Part shown: one piece after another, positions 36,435 to 47,298 of the stretch | Numbering within the stretch: position 1 is the first letter of the stretch | How the letters are laid out: each line of letters begins with the position of its first letter | NCBI RefSeq assembly: GCF_009834535.1 | Contig: NC_045696.1 | Location: forward strand, 12,092,001 to 12,156,000 | Origin: Camelus ferus | Taxonomy: Eukaryota | DNA: 64,000 nt | Reading direction: 5' to 3' | Made by a program: the position numbers and the translations under genes | Notes under the pieces: generated by a model | The model's database searches: none | Told to the model about the DNA's origin: nothing | Seen by the model: the letters and a program-made list of their open reading frames with translations, nothing else

Positions 36435-36650
36435 GCAAAATGGTTAAGGACACAGGCTTTGAGCTACACTGCCTGTTTCAAATCTGAGCTGTGCAATCTT
36501 GAATGAGTTACTTGACATCTCTGGGCCTCCGTTGTCTCTGCTGTTAAATATGAATGATAACAGCCCTTACTTACCCTATGGAAGGATTAAATACATCAGA
36601 CCAGTCTGGCATGCCGTGATCACTCAGTATACATCAGCAGTCATTGTTAT
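36435..36650 (+). mobile_element. MIR remnant
   Basis: tggttaaggacacaggctttga...ttcaaatctgagct...agttacttgacatctctgggcctc. Confidence 0.65.
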
Positions 36651-36832
36651 GGTTGTTTTGAGCATTCAGTGAGCTCTCAGATGTGTGGAGCAATGTAGGG
36701 AAATGAGAGATGTGATTCGTGCGTGGCAGTTCATTAACCAGGAGGAACATCTGCAGGAGGGGCAGATGTCAGGCAAGTCTCTCTAGTGAGGGATAACTTC
36801 ATCTGCCCTGCCTTTTCTACTGTGCTCTGAAG

Positions 36833-37012
36833 AGCACAGAACAGGTGGCCGCATTTTGCCGCAGTCTGCATGAGATGAACCCCTCTGACCCGAGCCCGTC
36901 CCCCCAGGACTCCGCGGGACCTCAGTTGGCCACCATGAGACAGCTCACGGATGCCGATAAGCTGCGCAAGGTGGTCTGTGAGCTCCTGGAGACGGAGCGC
37001 ACCTACGTGAAG
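36833..37012 (+). CDS. TIAM1: TIAM1 coding exon (phase 0 to 0), start of DH domain: STEQVAAFCRSLHEMNPSDPSPSPQDSAGPQLATMRQLTDADKLRKVVCELLETERTYVK
   Basis: Acceptor ttttctactgtgctctgaag and donor AAG|gtacgt. 180 nt, contains the DH CR1 motif ELLETERTYV. Confidence 0.96.
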
Positions 37013-37482
37013 GTACGTCTTCTCCTGCCCTCCCTCCCTGCATCCTTCCTCCCGTCCTTCTGAAGGATGAACTTGTGTGTTTATCCTGATTTTGGCTAAC
37101 AGTAAAGCCAAATCATGCTAATGAAGAGTATCTTGGTCTCTCCTATGGAATTTGGCTTTAATTCTGAATGTTTCAATCTCCTTTTGTGTTTTAAGGAAGC
37201 ACAGCTATTCTTGTAACAATTGATTGATATAAATAACTGATCAGTTGACTCAGAAAGGGGATGATGGTGACTATTAAGTGAGCCTTCTGACTTTTCTAAA
37301 AATGTTGTTTAGTTAACACTAAAGTTGCATTCGTTTTTGGCAAATTTAAGTAGCAGCATCGTCAAAATTACCTTTGAGTTTAGGAAGAAGGATATTAGGT
37401 CTGTTTTGTGTTATCTGTTCTGAATTTAGTTATATTTCTGTGGCTATATAATTTATTCCCATATAATTTATAATATATACAA

Positions 37483-37855
37483 CTGTAGTTTAAAAATGAT
37501 TAAAGAAGACCATTTCAAAGTGATACAAATTTTATTTAAAACTTTATTCATGAAGTGGACAGTCTCCTTTTGTAGAACTGTGAAATGGGGCTGGAGGCAA
37601 GAAGCTTTTATAGGATAAAGAATAAAGAATAAGGAAGGGACAAACAGAAAATGTCTGATTGGCTGCGGCCACACAGTCAACCTTGTTGGGGTGAGAAAGC
37701 TCCGAGTTGGCTCGGCATTTGGAAATTGGCTGCCTGGATATATTATGCTTCTGGTCAAGTGGTATGTTGACAGGGACCCAGAAGATCTCTAAATTTAGGC
37801 TTGCGGACGTAGGACCATGAGTGACTCCATCTTGGGCCTCGACAGTTATTGCAAT
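37483..37855 (-). mobile_element. Probable ERV solo LTR, antisense to TIAM1
   Basis: On the minus strand CCAAT (37658-37662), TATAAAA (37606-37612) and AATAAA (37543-37548) occur in LTR order. Family not identified. Confidence 0.55.
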
Positions 37856-38010
37856 ACTGTATAATTTATAATATATTCTATAACTCTCTAACTCCTCTAA
37901 CTATAATAGTTGTAGGATTATATACTTCTTTAACTGTATAATTTAGTTATGGAGAGTTATATGTTAGAACAGTATGATCTGTTTTTAATGATATGTTTTG
38001 GTCTTGAAGT

Positions 38011-38205
38011 CAGAGGTCAGCAAGTTATGGCCCTTGAGCCACATCCAGCTCACTGCCTGTTTTTACAGATAAAGTTTTATTGGAACACAGCCATGCACAT
38101 GCATTCATGTGTGACTTAGGTAGCAGCAGAGTTAAATAGTTGTGACAGAGAACATATGGCCTGCAAAGTCTGAAATATTTTGAGAAAACGTTGGCTCGCT
38201 TCTGC
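38011..38205. mobile_element. hAT-Charlie MITE (MER58-like)
   Basis: gcctgtttttacagataaagttttattggaacacagcca...gagttaaatagttgtgacagaga, similar to the 14876 copy. Confidence 0.75.
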
Positions 38206-38325
38206 TTCAGTGGACCTTAATGACCTAAAGATTGGAATGTTAGCATTTGCGAAATAATTTTTTTTTTCCTTTACATTCTTTATAGACTTTTAGATGGGCT
38301 AATCAGATATCCTTTCAACCCTTAG

Positions 38326-38394
38326 GACTTAAACTGTCTCATGGAGAGATACCTAAAACCTCTTCAGAAAGAAACTTTTCTCACCCAAGATGAG
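38326..38394 (+). CDS. TIAM1: TIAM1 coding exon (phase 0 to 0), DH: DLNCLMERYLKPLQKETFLTQDE
   Basis: Acceptor cctttcaacccttag and donor GAG|gtatgg. 69 nt. Confidence 0.96.
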
Positions 38395-38700
38395 GTATGG
38401 TGGAATCGTCTGAACATGGTGAGGGTCACACCGCAGCTGGACTTGGTGAAGAGGAAGGAGCGGGGAGCACACACGATACTGAGAGCGTTTAGAATTCACT
38501 GAATTGGAGTAAATAGGTCAAAGTATTGCATGTGGAGCTCTTGCGTGCGCTCCAAGAGTAAGGAGCCGCCCCACCCTCTGGTGGTGGGATCATTACCTTA
38601 AGTGCTAAGTATGGATAGAAAAAGTTTGAAATCAGAAGCAAATAAAGGCTCTGCGCACTTGTGAAATATGGGGTTGATGAAATTCTTTTCCATTTTCCAG

Positions 38701-38826
38701 CTTGATGTGCTCTTTGGAAATTTAACTGAAATGGTAGAGTTTCAAGTCGAATTCCTTAAGACTCTAGAAGATGGAGTGAGATTGGTACCTGATTTGGAAA
38801 AACTTGAGAAAGTTGATCAATTTAAG
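38701..38826 (+). CDS. TIAM1: TIAM1 coding exon (phase 0 to 0), DH: LDVLFGNLTEMVEFQVEFLKTLEDGVRLVPDLEKLEKVDQFK
   Basis: Acceptor ttcttttccattttccag and donor AAG|gtatgt. 126 nt, contains the DH LFGN motif. Confidence 0.96.
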
Positions 38827-39430
38827 GTATGTCTCATCCTCAAATGAGGTAAAGCTGCCTACTCATGTCAGGGGTGGGCTGTCCTGTAGGTCAAGTCGAA
38901 TCCTGATAACATCTCAGGAGGCATTGTTGCCATGGTGTTGAGTCTTCATTGGACTGGCAGTGGGGTCGGTTCCTAAGGGGAGTCTGGGAGGGGAACTGAC
39001 TATGTCTCGCTTGTCTGGCTAAGGTAAAAAACCAGTACCATCGAGTTGCATTAAACTGGTGTTTCTGTTGGCTTCTACTTTGGAAGATGTACCAACCTTT
39101 TGTTCTACTCATGTAGGGGACTTTGATACTTGCTATTCACAAATAAGACTAGCACTCTTGGTTTTCCAGTAAACAGATTAATGTATCTTGTTCTGGGAAA
39201 CTGGACAATGGAAATACTTATGGTTATCCAGGAGGAAGACGGTTTTCCAGCGCACAGGGTCCTTGCACCCTTAATGAGGATTTATGGCTAGTACCTTCGT
39301 GAGGATGCTTACAGCTTATTTCCTCCTCCTTGACTGGCTTTCCCTTGTGCAGAGATTTCCTGTTTCCAGTCAACAAAGCTCATCGATTCATGCACAATGG
39401 TGTTGGCTTACCTGTCATCCTCATGTACTT

Positions 39431-40900
39431 TTAAAAAACAGATTAATTGAGGTATAATTGACATATAATACACTGCATTTATTTTAAAGTGTACAGCTTG
39501 ATGAATTTTGACATATGTGTACACCTGTGAAACCGTCACCACAATCAAGATAATGAACATAATTACCACCTCCAAACGTTTTTCCTGTTCTTTTGTGATT
39601 TTTGTTTCCTTCCTGTTACGTCCTCTTAGCCACAGGCAACCATGTCTGCTTTCTGTTAACCACAGATTAGTTTTCACTCTGGAATTTCACATAAATGGAA
39701 TCATACAACATTTACTCTTTTTTATGTGGCATCTTTTACTGCAAAATTATCCTGAGTTCCATCCATGTTGTGGCATGTATCCATAATTCATACTTTTTAA
39801 ATCACTGAGTAGTATTACTTTGTGTGAATGTACTACACTTTGTGATCCTTTCACTTTTCTTGGTCATTTGGGTTGTTTCCAGCTTTTGGTAATTGCAAGT
39901 AAACCTGCTGTGAATATTTGTGTACAAGTTTTAGTATAAATATATGCTTTCATTTCTCTTGGGTAAGTACTTAGGAATGGAATGGTTGGATCATATGGTA
40001 AGTGTGTGTCTAACTTTTGAAGAAGCTGCTGAACTATTTTGCAAAGTGGTTGTACTGTGTACAGTCCCACCAGCTGCTCCTCCTCGCTCTTACAGTGAGG
40101 TCAGTTCATTAGTTTTAGACACTCTGATGGGTGTGTGGTGGCACCTCATTGTGTCTTGAATTTGAATTTCTCTACTGACATGATGATGAATATCTTTTTA
40201 TGTGCTAATTTGCTTTCAATATATCCTCTTTGGTGAAGTGTCTGTTCAAATCATTTGCCCATTTATTGTATTAGGTTATTTGCTTTCTTATTATTGAGTT
40301 TTGAGACTGCTTCGGAAATTTTGTATGTAAGTCCTTTACCAGATATGTGATTGTAAATGTTTCCCTCTTGTCATACAGTGTCTCTCAAAAGGCAGAAATT
40401 TTTAGTGTTAATGAAATCCAATTTTCTCAGATTTTTTCTTTTTTGGGTCATACTTTTGAAATTTTGGGGGGGTCATAGCTATGAAATCTTTGCCTTAACC
40501 AAGGTCATAAAGATTTTCTTCTGTGTTTTCCCCTAGATGTTCTGTAATTTGGGGATTTCTATTTAGGTCTCTGATCTGGTGTGATGTATGAATCCAAGTC
40601 TATCTTTTTGCATATGAATAATTTTTCTAGCACTATTTTTTGGGGAGTTTTTTTGGGGAGGTAGTTAGGTTTATTCATTTATGTATTTACATATTTATGT
40701 ATTTATTTTTAGAGGAAGTACTGGGGATTGAACCCAGGATCTTGTGTGTGCTAAGCATGCGCTCTACCACTTGAGCTATACCCTTCCCCTCTCTAGCACT
40801 ATTTTTGAAATGACTATCCTTCGGTTCTTTTCTACTAAATTCCTTTTGCACTTGTGTTGAACTTGGGTTCAGTTGTCCATATAGCTGTGGGCTCCCTGCC
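39431..40900 (-). mobile_element. L1 (L1MB-like) 3' portion
   Basis: ttgaggtataattgacatataata...; the minus-strand ORF-track peptide LPYDPTIPFLSTYPREMK resembles the end of L1 ORF2. Confidence 0.85.
40641..40791 (-). mobile_element. tRNA-Ala-derived camelid-type SINE nested in L1
   Basis: ggggattgaacccaggatc...ctaagcatgcgctctaccacttgagctataccc, with the exact 15-bp TSD tctagcactattttt (40626-40640 and 40792-40806). Confidence 0.92.
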
Positions 40901-41584
40901 CCCTTGCACTTTGACACTAGTTCTATCTAACGCTTGCAGAAACCTGGCTGTGATGTTGGTACGTATACAGGTTTGTAGGAGCCAAGGTGAAGACTGCCCC
41001 TTCAATATGGTTTTGTGTGTGTGTGTGTGATCTCTGTACAGTCCCTCTCTGCAACAGGAGCTATTTAGAATGCACACACACATTCATACACATAAGCATA
41101 TGAACATATATTCATATGTAGTTCCCTATTTTTATTTGAATATAATTCCGAACTTACAGGAAGGTTGCAATAGTACAGAGTCCCAGACATCCTTTACCCA
41201 GGTTTTCCAAACATTAACATTTGACCGCAGCTGCTTTACCCTGTCTCTCCCTCCCTATTTCCTATGTGTATTTGTGTGTATAGAATATATTTTTCCCCTG
41301 AACGATTTAAGAGTAAGTTGCAGGCGTGATACCCCTTTGGCCCTAACTACTGCATATAGCTCATTTTTTGTGTGTTTAGAAATTGTTTGGGTTAATTCAT
41401 TTGTACCCTCTTCAGGGTGGTTGGCCATACTCTCCACTTGAAATACAGTTTGGTTCATTGGCAAATGAATTAATAGGTCAGTAGAACACTGTGATAAGGG
41501 CCAGTAGTTTGTCAGTTAATCAAAAAAGTTGATTAATGTGAAGCACAATGAAAATGCATTCAGACCTTAAAACACTTGGGTTTG

Positions 41585-41812
41585 GGGTTTTTTTGTTGTT
41601 TTTTTTTTGTTGTTGTTTTTGTTTTTTTTTTGTTTTTTGGCGACAGTTCTTTTTTTTTTAACTGAAGTATAGTTGATTTACAATGTTGTGTTAGTTTCAG
41701 GTGTACAAGAAAGTGATTTAGTTATACCTGTTTTATATACAGTATTGTGTATCTGTTAGTCCCAAACTCCTAATTTATCCCTCCTTGCCTTTCCCCTTTG
41801 GTAACCATAAGT
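41585..41812 (-). mobile_element. L1 3' end with long degenerate poly-T/GT tail
   Basis: ctgaagtatagttgatttacaatgttgtgttagtttcaggtgtaca...cccctttggtaaccataagt. Confidence 0.8.
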
Positions 41813-43224
41813 CTAGAATACTTGGTTTTAATCTAAAATGTCTAATCTAAAATGTCTAAAACATTCATTTTATTCATTGAGTAGGCTTTCGCTATGGGGC
41901 CAGTTCTTGGAGTTTAGAATCGGATGATCACTTTAGGAGAATTTCATTATCAGAACTGTGGTGTGAGCATGACTGTATTATAAGCAGAGTTTTTCTAGGG
42001 AGGGATTGGTGTATGATCCTTTTAGCACATTCACTCTGAGCAGCCACATTTTAAGCCTCTTCCCCGACCTTCACATCACTGGTTTATTGCATAACCTGAC
42101 AATCTCCGTGCCACCTGTAAGGCATGACAGCTGTGCACCTGGAATATTCACAGCCCTGGGGCTGCTCTCCAGCACCTCTGAGTTGGCCTCGGACAGTCAG
42201 TGTTCACTCCTAAACCTGTGACTGCTGGTTTCTGCCATTGCTGCTTCCTTTAAATCCTGATTGTATATTTGCTAAAAATATAAAACCTTGTTAAAATGTT
42301 CAAATTGTGTCATAGACAGCACTAATTCTCAGACAGTATTAGGAAAAAAATTGGTTCTGAGGCCAAGTAAGTTTTGATAAAATTTCCCCCTTGGAAATCT
42401 GCAATGTCCATCAGCCAGTAAGAGGCTCCATGAGGTCCTACAGCAGAGAAACACAGAGGAAATGCAGTCTGTGTATAAACTCCTCGTGTGGTGCACACTT
42501 TGTGCTCTGAGATCATTTTTTAAGGCGGGAAGAACAAATGAATACTTTAATGTTCTGTGTTTGCTGTGTAGGAAGTGCTTAGTAAACACTAAGTTAAGTA
42601 GATAAGTGACTTGATAGGGCTAAAGTGAAGGGTTGCATTTAGAGCTTTTTCTTCTACAACTTTTCTTTCTTGATTCTTGCTTGTGGCTCAGAGGATCACT
42701 GTCCCTGCAAAGTCTGACTGCCCCTCCCGATGCCCTTTCCATCCAGGGGGTGAGGCTTGGGGAGGGATGAGGCTTGAAAAGTAAAGGAAAAAACATGCAG
42801 GAAATGAATTTAGGCCTCTAATTACCAGGTATGTGTGGTTCATATAAACCTTTTTTTGTGTTTGTTTTTATTTATAGTCTCCTAGCATTTGTTCATTTAA
42901 TAAATTGTTCATTTTATAAATTATACTTTGTGGAACCCAACTGATCACTCAACCAAAATCTTTTTTTTTTCTTTTCTTTTTTTGGCTTGGAACCTAACTT
43001 TTAAATTCTAAACCTAAATACGCAATACCTCTTTTTGAACTAGACTAGATCAATGGGAAACCCAAAGAAGGTGTTTTTCTGAGGCCTGTTTCATACATGT
43101 GTAGAAGTTGTGTAGGATAAAAGGTATCTTAACTCAGGCATATTAAATCCCTAGTAGGGAAGGCTTCCACCTCGGCTTGAGCCTTTGGGGGCAGAGGGTG
43201 TGGGGTGGGAGGTGACACCCGATT

Positions 43225-43266
43225 CCTGTTCCTGTTCTGACCTGTTCCTGTTCTGACCTGCTCCTG
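43225..43266. repeat. Short tandem repeat, 16-bp unit cctgttcctgttctga, about 2.6 copies
   Basis: Read directly from the sequence. Confidence 0.9.
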
Positions 43267-43714
43267 CCAGAAGAGGGCGTGGCGTTGGAGAGGGTGCAGG
43301 CAGTGATGAGGGAAATGTGTTTTCTATTTTGGGGGTCATATGCATTTCCTGCCTTTATTTGGCTTGTCATTTCCATCTCCCAGCAGAAACTAATGAGAGA
43401 ATTCAGGAGATTTCTGTCTTTTCCAAAATGCCGTGTCTGCTTTCTCATTAGCATTCACACATCCCAGATAGGGCATTGAAAGACACAAGCCTGGAAAACC
43501 AGTGACACCTTGACTGTAATTACTGAGAAAGCCAAATCCAGCATCTACTGCACAAACATGTGAGGCCATCAGTGGCAAAGACAGGCTGTGACAGGTGTGA
43601 ATAATGCTGATTTGTGGGGAGGGTCAGGCAGATGGGAGCTCCCGGCTACATCCTGCTTATATTTTTGGATGGGGAGGAGCACGAACTAACTGTACTGTTT
43701 TTCATTAAATCCAG

Positions 43715-43823
43715 AAAGTGCTGTTCTCTCTGGGGGGATCCTTTCTGTATTATGCTGACCGCTTCAAGCTCTACAGTGCCTTCTGCGCCAGCCACACGAA
43801 GGTCCCCAAGGTCCTGGTGAAAG
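43715..43823 (+). CDS. TIAM1: TIAM1 coding exon (phase 0 to 1), DH: KVLFSLGGSFLYYADRFKLYSAFCASHTKVPKVLVK
   Basis: Branch-point consensus ACTAAC at 43685-43690, acceptor ttcattaaatccag, donor AAG|gtgagg. 109 nt. This is the last TIAM1 exon I can find in the window. Confidence 0.96.
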
Positions 43824-43968
43824 GTGAGGCCTGGGAGGACTGGGCAGCAGTGGGCATGTGAATTGTCAGTTCACCTTTGTGTGGTGGACTGTTTTGGGGG
43901 GCTTTTGGTCAGAAATCTGAGTCATTGTTGTGCCAGATAGATGTTCCAGCAAGCAACAAATAAGGGTA

Positions 43969-44299
43969 CAGTTGTCCTTTGGTATCCACGGGAGATTGGT
44001 TCCCGGACCTTCCATGGGTACCAAAATTCGAAGATGCTCAAGTCCCTTATATAAAATGCATAGTGTTTGCATATAACCTACGTACATCCTCCTGTACACT
44101 CTAAATCAACTCTAGATTACTTATAATACCTAATACAATATAAGTGCCATGTAAATGCTTTGTTAGTGTGCAGAAGATTCAAGTTTTGCATTTTGGAATT
44201 TTCTGGAATTTTTTCCCCGGATATTTTCTATCCATGGTTGGTTGAATCCACAGTACAGAACCTGTGGATATGGAACCTGCGGATACGGAGGGCCAACAG
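43969..44299. mobile_element. Tigger-family MITE (MER2-like)
   Basis: TA on both flanks, imperfect TIRs cagttgtcctttggtatcc ... ggatacggagggccaacag, internal gatgctcaagtcccttatataaaatg. Confidence 0.85.
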
Positions 44300-46460
44300 T
44301 ACTGAGAAATGAAGAGCATTAACATCTTGAATTACCAGTTTTGTCAATTTTCTTATAATGAAAGTTTCCACTCCAATCCTTGGGGCCACAATTGATGAGT
44401 CATTTTGCAATTATGCAAAAACATAGGGGGTTTAGCAATTCCCTGCTTTATTTCTATTTTTTATTAATTTCATCATAATCTACCACACTTCACACACCTT
44501 TTTGTGGACTTTCATCTTTCCCTCACCCATTTTTGTTCCCAGGTGTGTGATCATAGTCACCACCATCACTGCTAAAACTGTTTCAATTATTCACAAAAAT
44601 CACTCAAGTTGCAATTATATCTTGTGCCGAACAGAGTAGAATTTTTGTACTGACCAGCTCCTTTTCCCAAGTGTTCTGGAGGGGATGACAGAGTGTTCTG
44701 AGTCTCCAGAAAGTTGTCTTCCTTCCATGGTTCTGCATGTGGCTGTTGAGGACAAGTTAAAGGATTAGAAAGACATTTACTTGGTAAACTGTAGGACCAA
44801 TAGGAAGTTCCATTTCAGTGAATATCTGGAAATCAGCCTGCTCTTCCTTGACACTTTACTGTGGCTGCCATGTAAATAGCTGCTGAATATATAAGTCATT
44901 TACTTATATTTATGTCTGCTGCCAAAGAGAACGAGCTTGCCTTAATTCAAAACCTGTTATAAGAAGTATTAGTAGAACACAGGTCTCTGGATTACAGAAG
45001 ATCCTGCCCCAGATAATGCCATACTTAATGATAATGATAGTCTATGCAAAAGAGTCCTAGTTTAGCACAGAAATTTAAAGGGAACCTGGGAATTTCCTTG
45101 CCCTGCTGCATGGCCCCATCTGTGGTTTTACACACGTTGTGTTGGTCTTATGCGTCTCGGCTCTCTGTGTGTCTTCTCACATTATGAGAGTGTTAACATA
45201 ACAATTTTAGAGCATTTTGCTCTGTGGTAAAATTATGTACTCATCACAGTCCTTAGAGCAATTTGTGTTATTTTTAATCACTCGATTAGATTAAACTCTG
45301 CCCCTGTAGATTTTTCTTAATTTCGAAAACATTCTTTTTTGCACCTGAAAAATATTATCATATCATTCAAAACCATCCCTTAAAACATTACATATGACCC
45401 ACATTTTTCTAATGGACAAACATGCCAAGCGGATGAAGAGAACTCTGAGAACAAAAAGCACGTCTGTGATTCCTAAAAGACCACAGCGAGATTGCCTGGG
45501 GGTGACACTTCAGCTCACAGAGAACTGAGACCCATGCCCTCTTCTGCCCCGATGTGAAATGTAGATGATGGGTGGTACGCTCATAGCCATGTTTTTGGAC
45601 TTGAGGATTTTAGGGGGAATCCCTAGACCCCCTGTGGACGTGGACCAAGACTTGGGATGTCCACGGAAGCCATAGTTTCCTCACGCATCAGCTCTGGGCC
45701 TGGATGCACCGCCCAGGCACGTGGGCCCCTCCTCAGCGACCTCATCCCCAGTCCTCTTTCTCTTTATGGATGTGGTGGCCGGACCCGTGGAGTGTGAGTC
45801 CTCTTAATGGGGCTTAAAAGGGATGAAAAGACAGTGGTCTTGACGAGGCCTTCCCCCCATGGTTGCTGGTTTCCCTAACCCGACAAAGATGGAGGAATGA
45901 TTTTACAATTTCATGACACCCTTTTACAACACCCTCACCTCTTAGCTCACGTTCCTAATCACTGGAGATGGAAATACATTTTTGTTAGAAGCTTTAAAAA
46001 AAAAGTTTGCCTACCGATAAGTCACTTTGATATACTGTCCTTTCCACTTCCCATTTTTTTTGCCCTCACTCCAGTCTCTCTCTTCGCCATTTCTTTGCAC
46101 CTAAAAGACATAAGCCGTGTCTTCCTAATTTTCCACTGGCAGGTGCCTTTCTGCTTGTCTGGAGACGCACAACTTCCCAGGGCGGCTCCTCAGCCCAGCT
46201 GGGACGCAGGTAACAGCCCGGCTGGTGAGGAAAGTGCCTCCTGAGTTAACTTAGGCCCAATATATGTTTCCTTCTGAGATAAATCATAATAGCTGCAGCA
46301 CTGAACTGACACAGAACAGAACCTAAAAGGCGTTCCCTGCGGGAGATGCGGCCTTGCTCCACTTACCAGAGCTGCAGGGTGCTGCTGCTTCTGCTTCCCT
46401 GCCTTCTCTCCAGAGAGGCTCTCCCAGCAAGGAAAAGCTTGAAAGTTTAGAAAAACCAGT

Positions 46461-46957
46461 GTGAGGAGTGTTTTAAAACGTAGGCTTTCTTGTTGTTCAG
46501 ATATGGTGAGGCCAACAGATTGGGAGATGATTGCCATCAAAAAGATAGCTTGTTACTCACGATTCAAGAGGAGGGGGCATGCCATGCCCTTCAGGGCCAC
46601 ATGGGGAAGCACCAGGGTCGACCAGGGGGCAGAGGGCATGAGCAGAAAAGGTGGGCAAGAGCCTTTTCTGTGGTTTCTGCAGGAAGGAAGAGGTGAGGCA
46701 GGGTGAACAGGCCTAGAATTGGCCCGTCTGAAGAATCTCAGCAGGCTCTGGGGTAAAGGGGCTGTCCTGAGTTGTCTGGTACCTGGCCCTGGGGTGATTA
46801 GGGCAGGGGGAATATTGGACCAGAGTATAAGTGTCTAATGGAAGAGAGATGGGGGCAGGTGGCTCTGGATTGATTGGTTTGCATGTGAAAGGTGTGTTCC
46901 TAGGTAAGTCCTGTACCGTCTCTAGGAATTGGCCAGCTCTGGGATGGGCAGTCTCCC
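46461..46957 (-). mobile_element. Old LTR (MER76-like, ERVL class), interrupted by a second LTR
   Basis: ggtgaggccaacagat...tgttactcac...gggccacatggggaagcaccagggtcg resembles the recalled consensus. Family name tentative. Confidence 0.55.
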
Positions 46958-47198
46958 TGTTACTGAACCAGACTTGGGTCCACTTGCCTATGTGCAGGGA
47001 AGCCTGTCTACTAACGCCAGATTGTGGTGAAAGAAAGTGCAGTGTTTAATGCAGGACACCGAGCAAGGAGTCAGGGCAGTTGGTGCTCAAAGGGCTTTCT
47101 GGGAAAGGTTTTCAAGGACAGGGTGAGGGAGGCGGGTTGAGGGATGTGCAGTCTGCTCACAGACTTTCTTCTGATTGGTTGGTGGGAGGTAACCTGCA
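46958..47198 (-). mobile_element. Younger ERV1-type LTR fragment truncated by the assembly gap
   Basis: Abrupt start TGTTACTGAACCAGACTTGGGTCC, then ttgtggtgaaagaaagtgcagtgtttaatgcagg and ttcttctgattggttggtg. Confidence 0.6.
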
Positions 47199-47298
47199 NN
47201 NNNNNNNNNNNNNNNNNNNNNNNNNNNNNNNNNNNNNNNNNNNNNNNNNNNNNNNNNNNNNNNNNNNNNNNNNNNNNNNNNNNNNNNNNNNNNNNNNN
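47199..47298. other. Assembly gap (exactly 100 N)
   Basis: Read directly. 100 N is the usual placeholder for a gap of unknown size. Confidence 0.99.

Noticed and set aside
36845..37063. 72-aa ORF starting at GTG
   Set aside because: It is the 36833-37012 exon reading past its donor. The GTG is an internal Val codon.
41829..41860. Short tandem duplications (also ~44266-44295, ~56141-56159 and ~61116-61135)
   Set aside because: Two-copy slippage duplications with no spacer structure. They are not CRISPR-like and are common in mammalian DNA.
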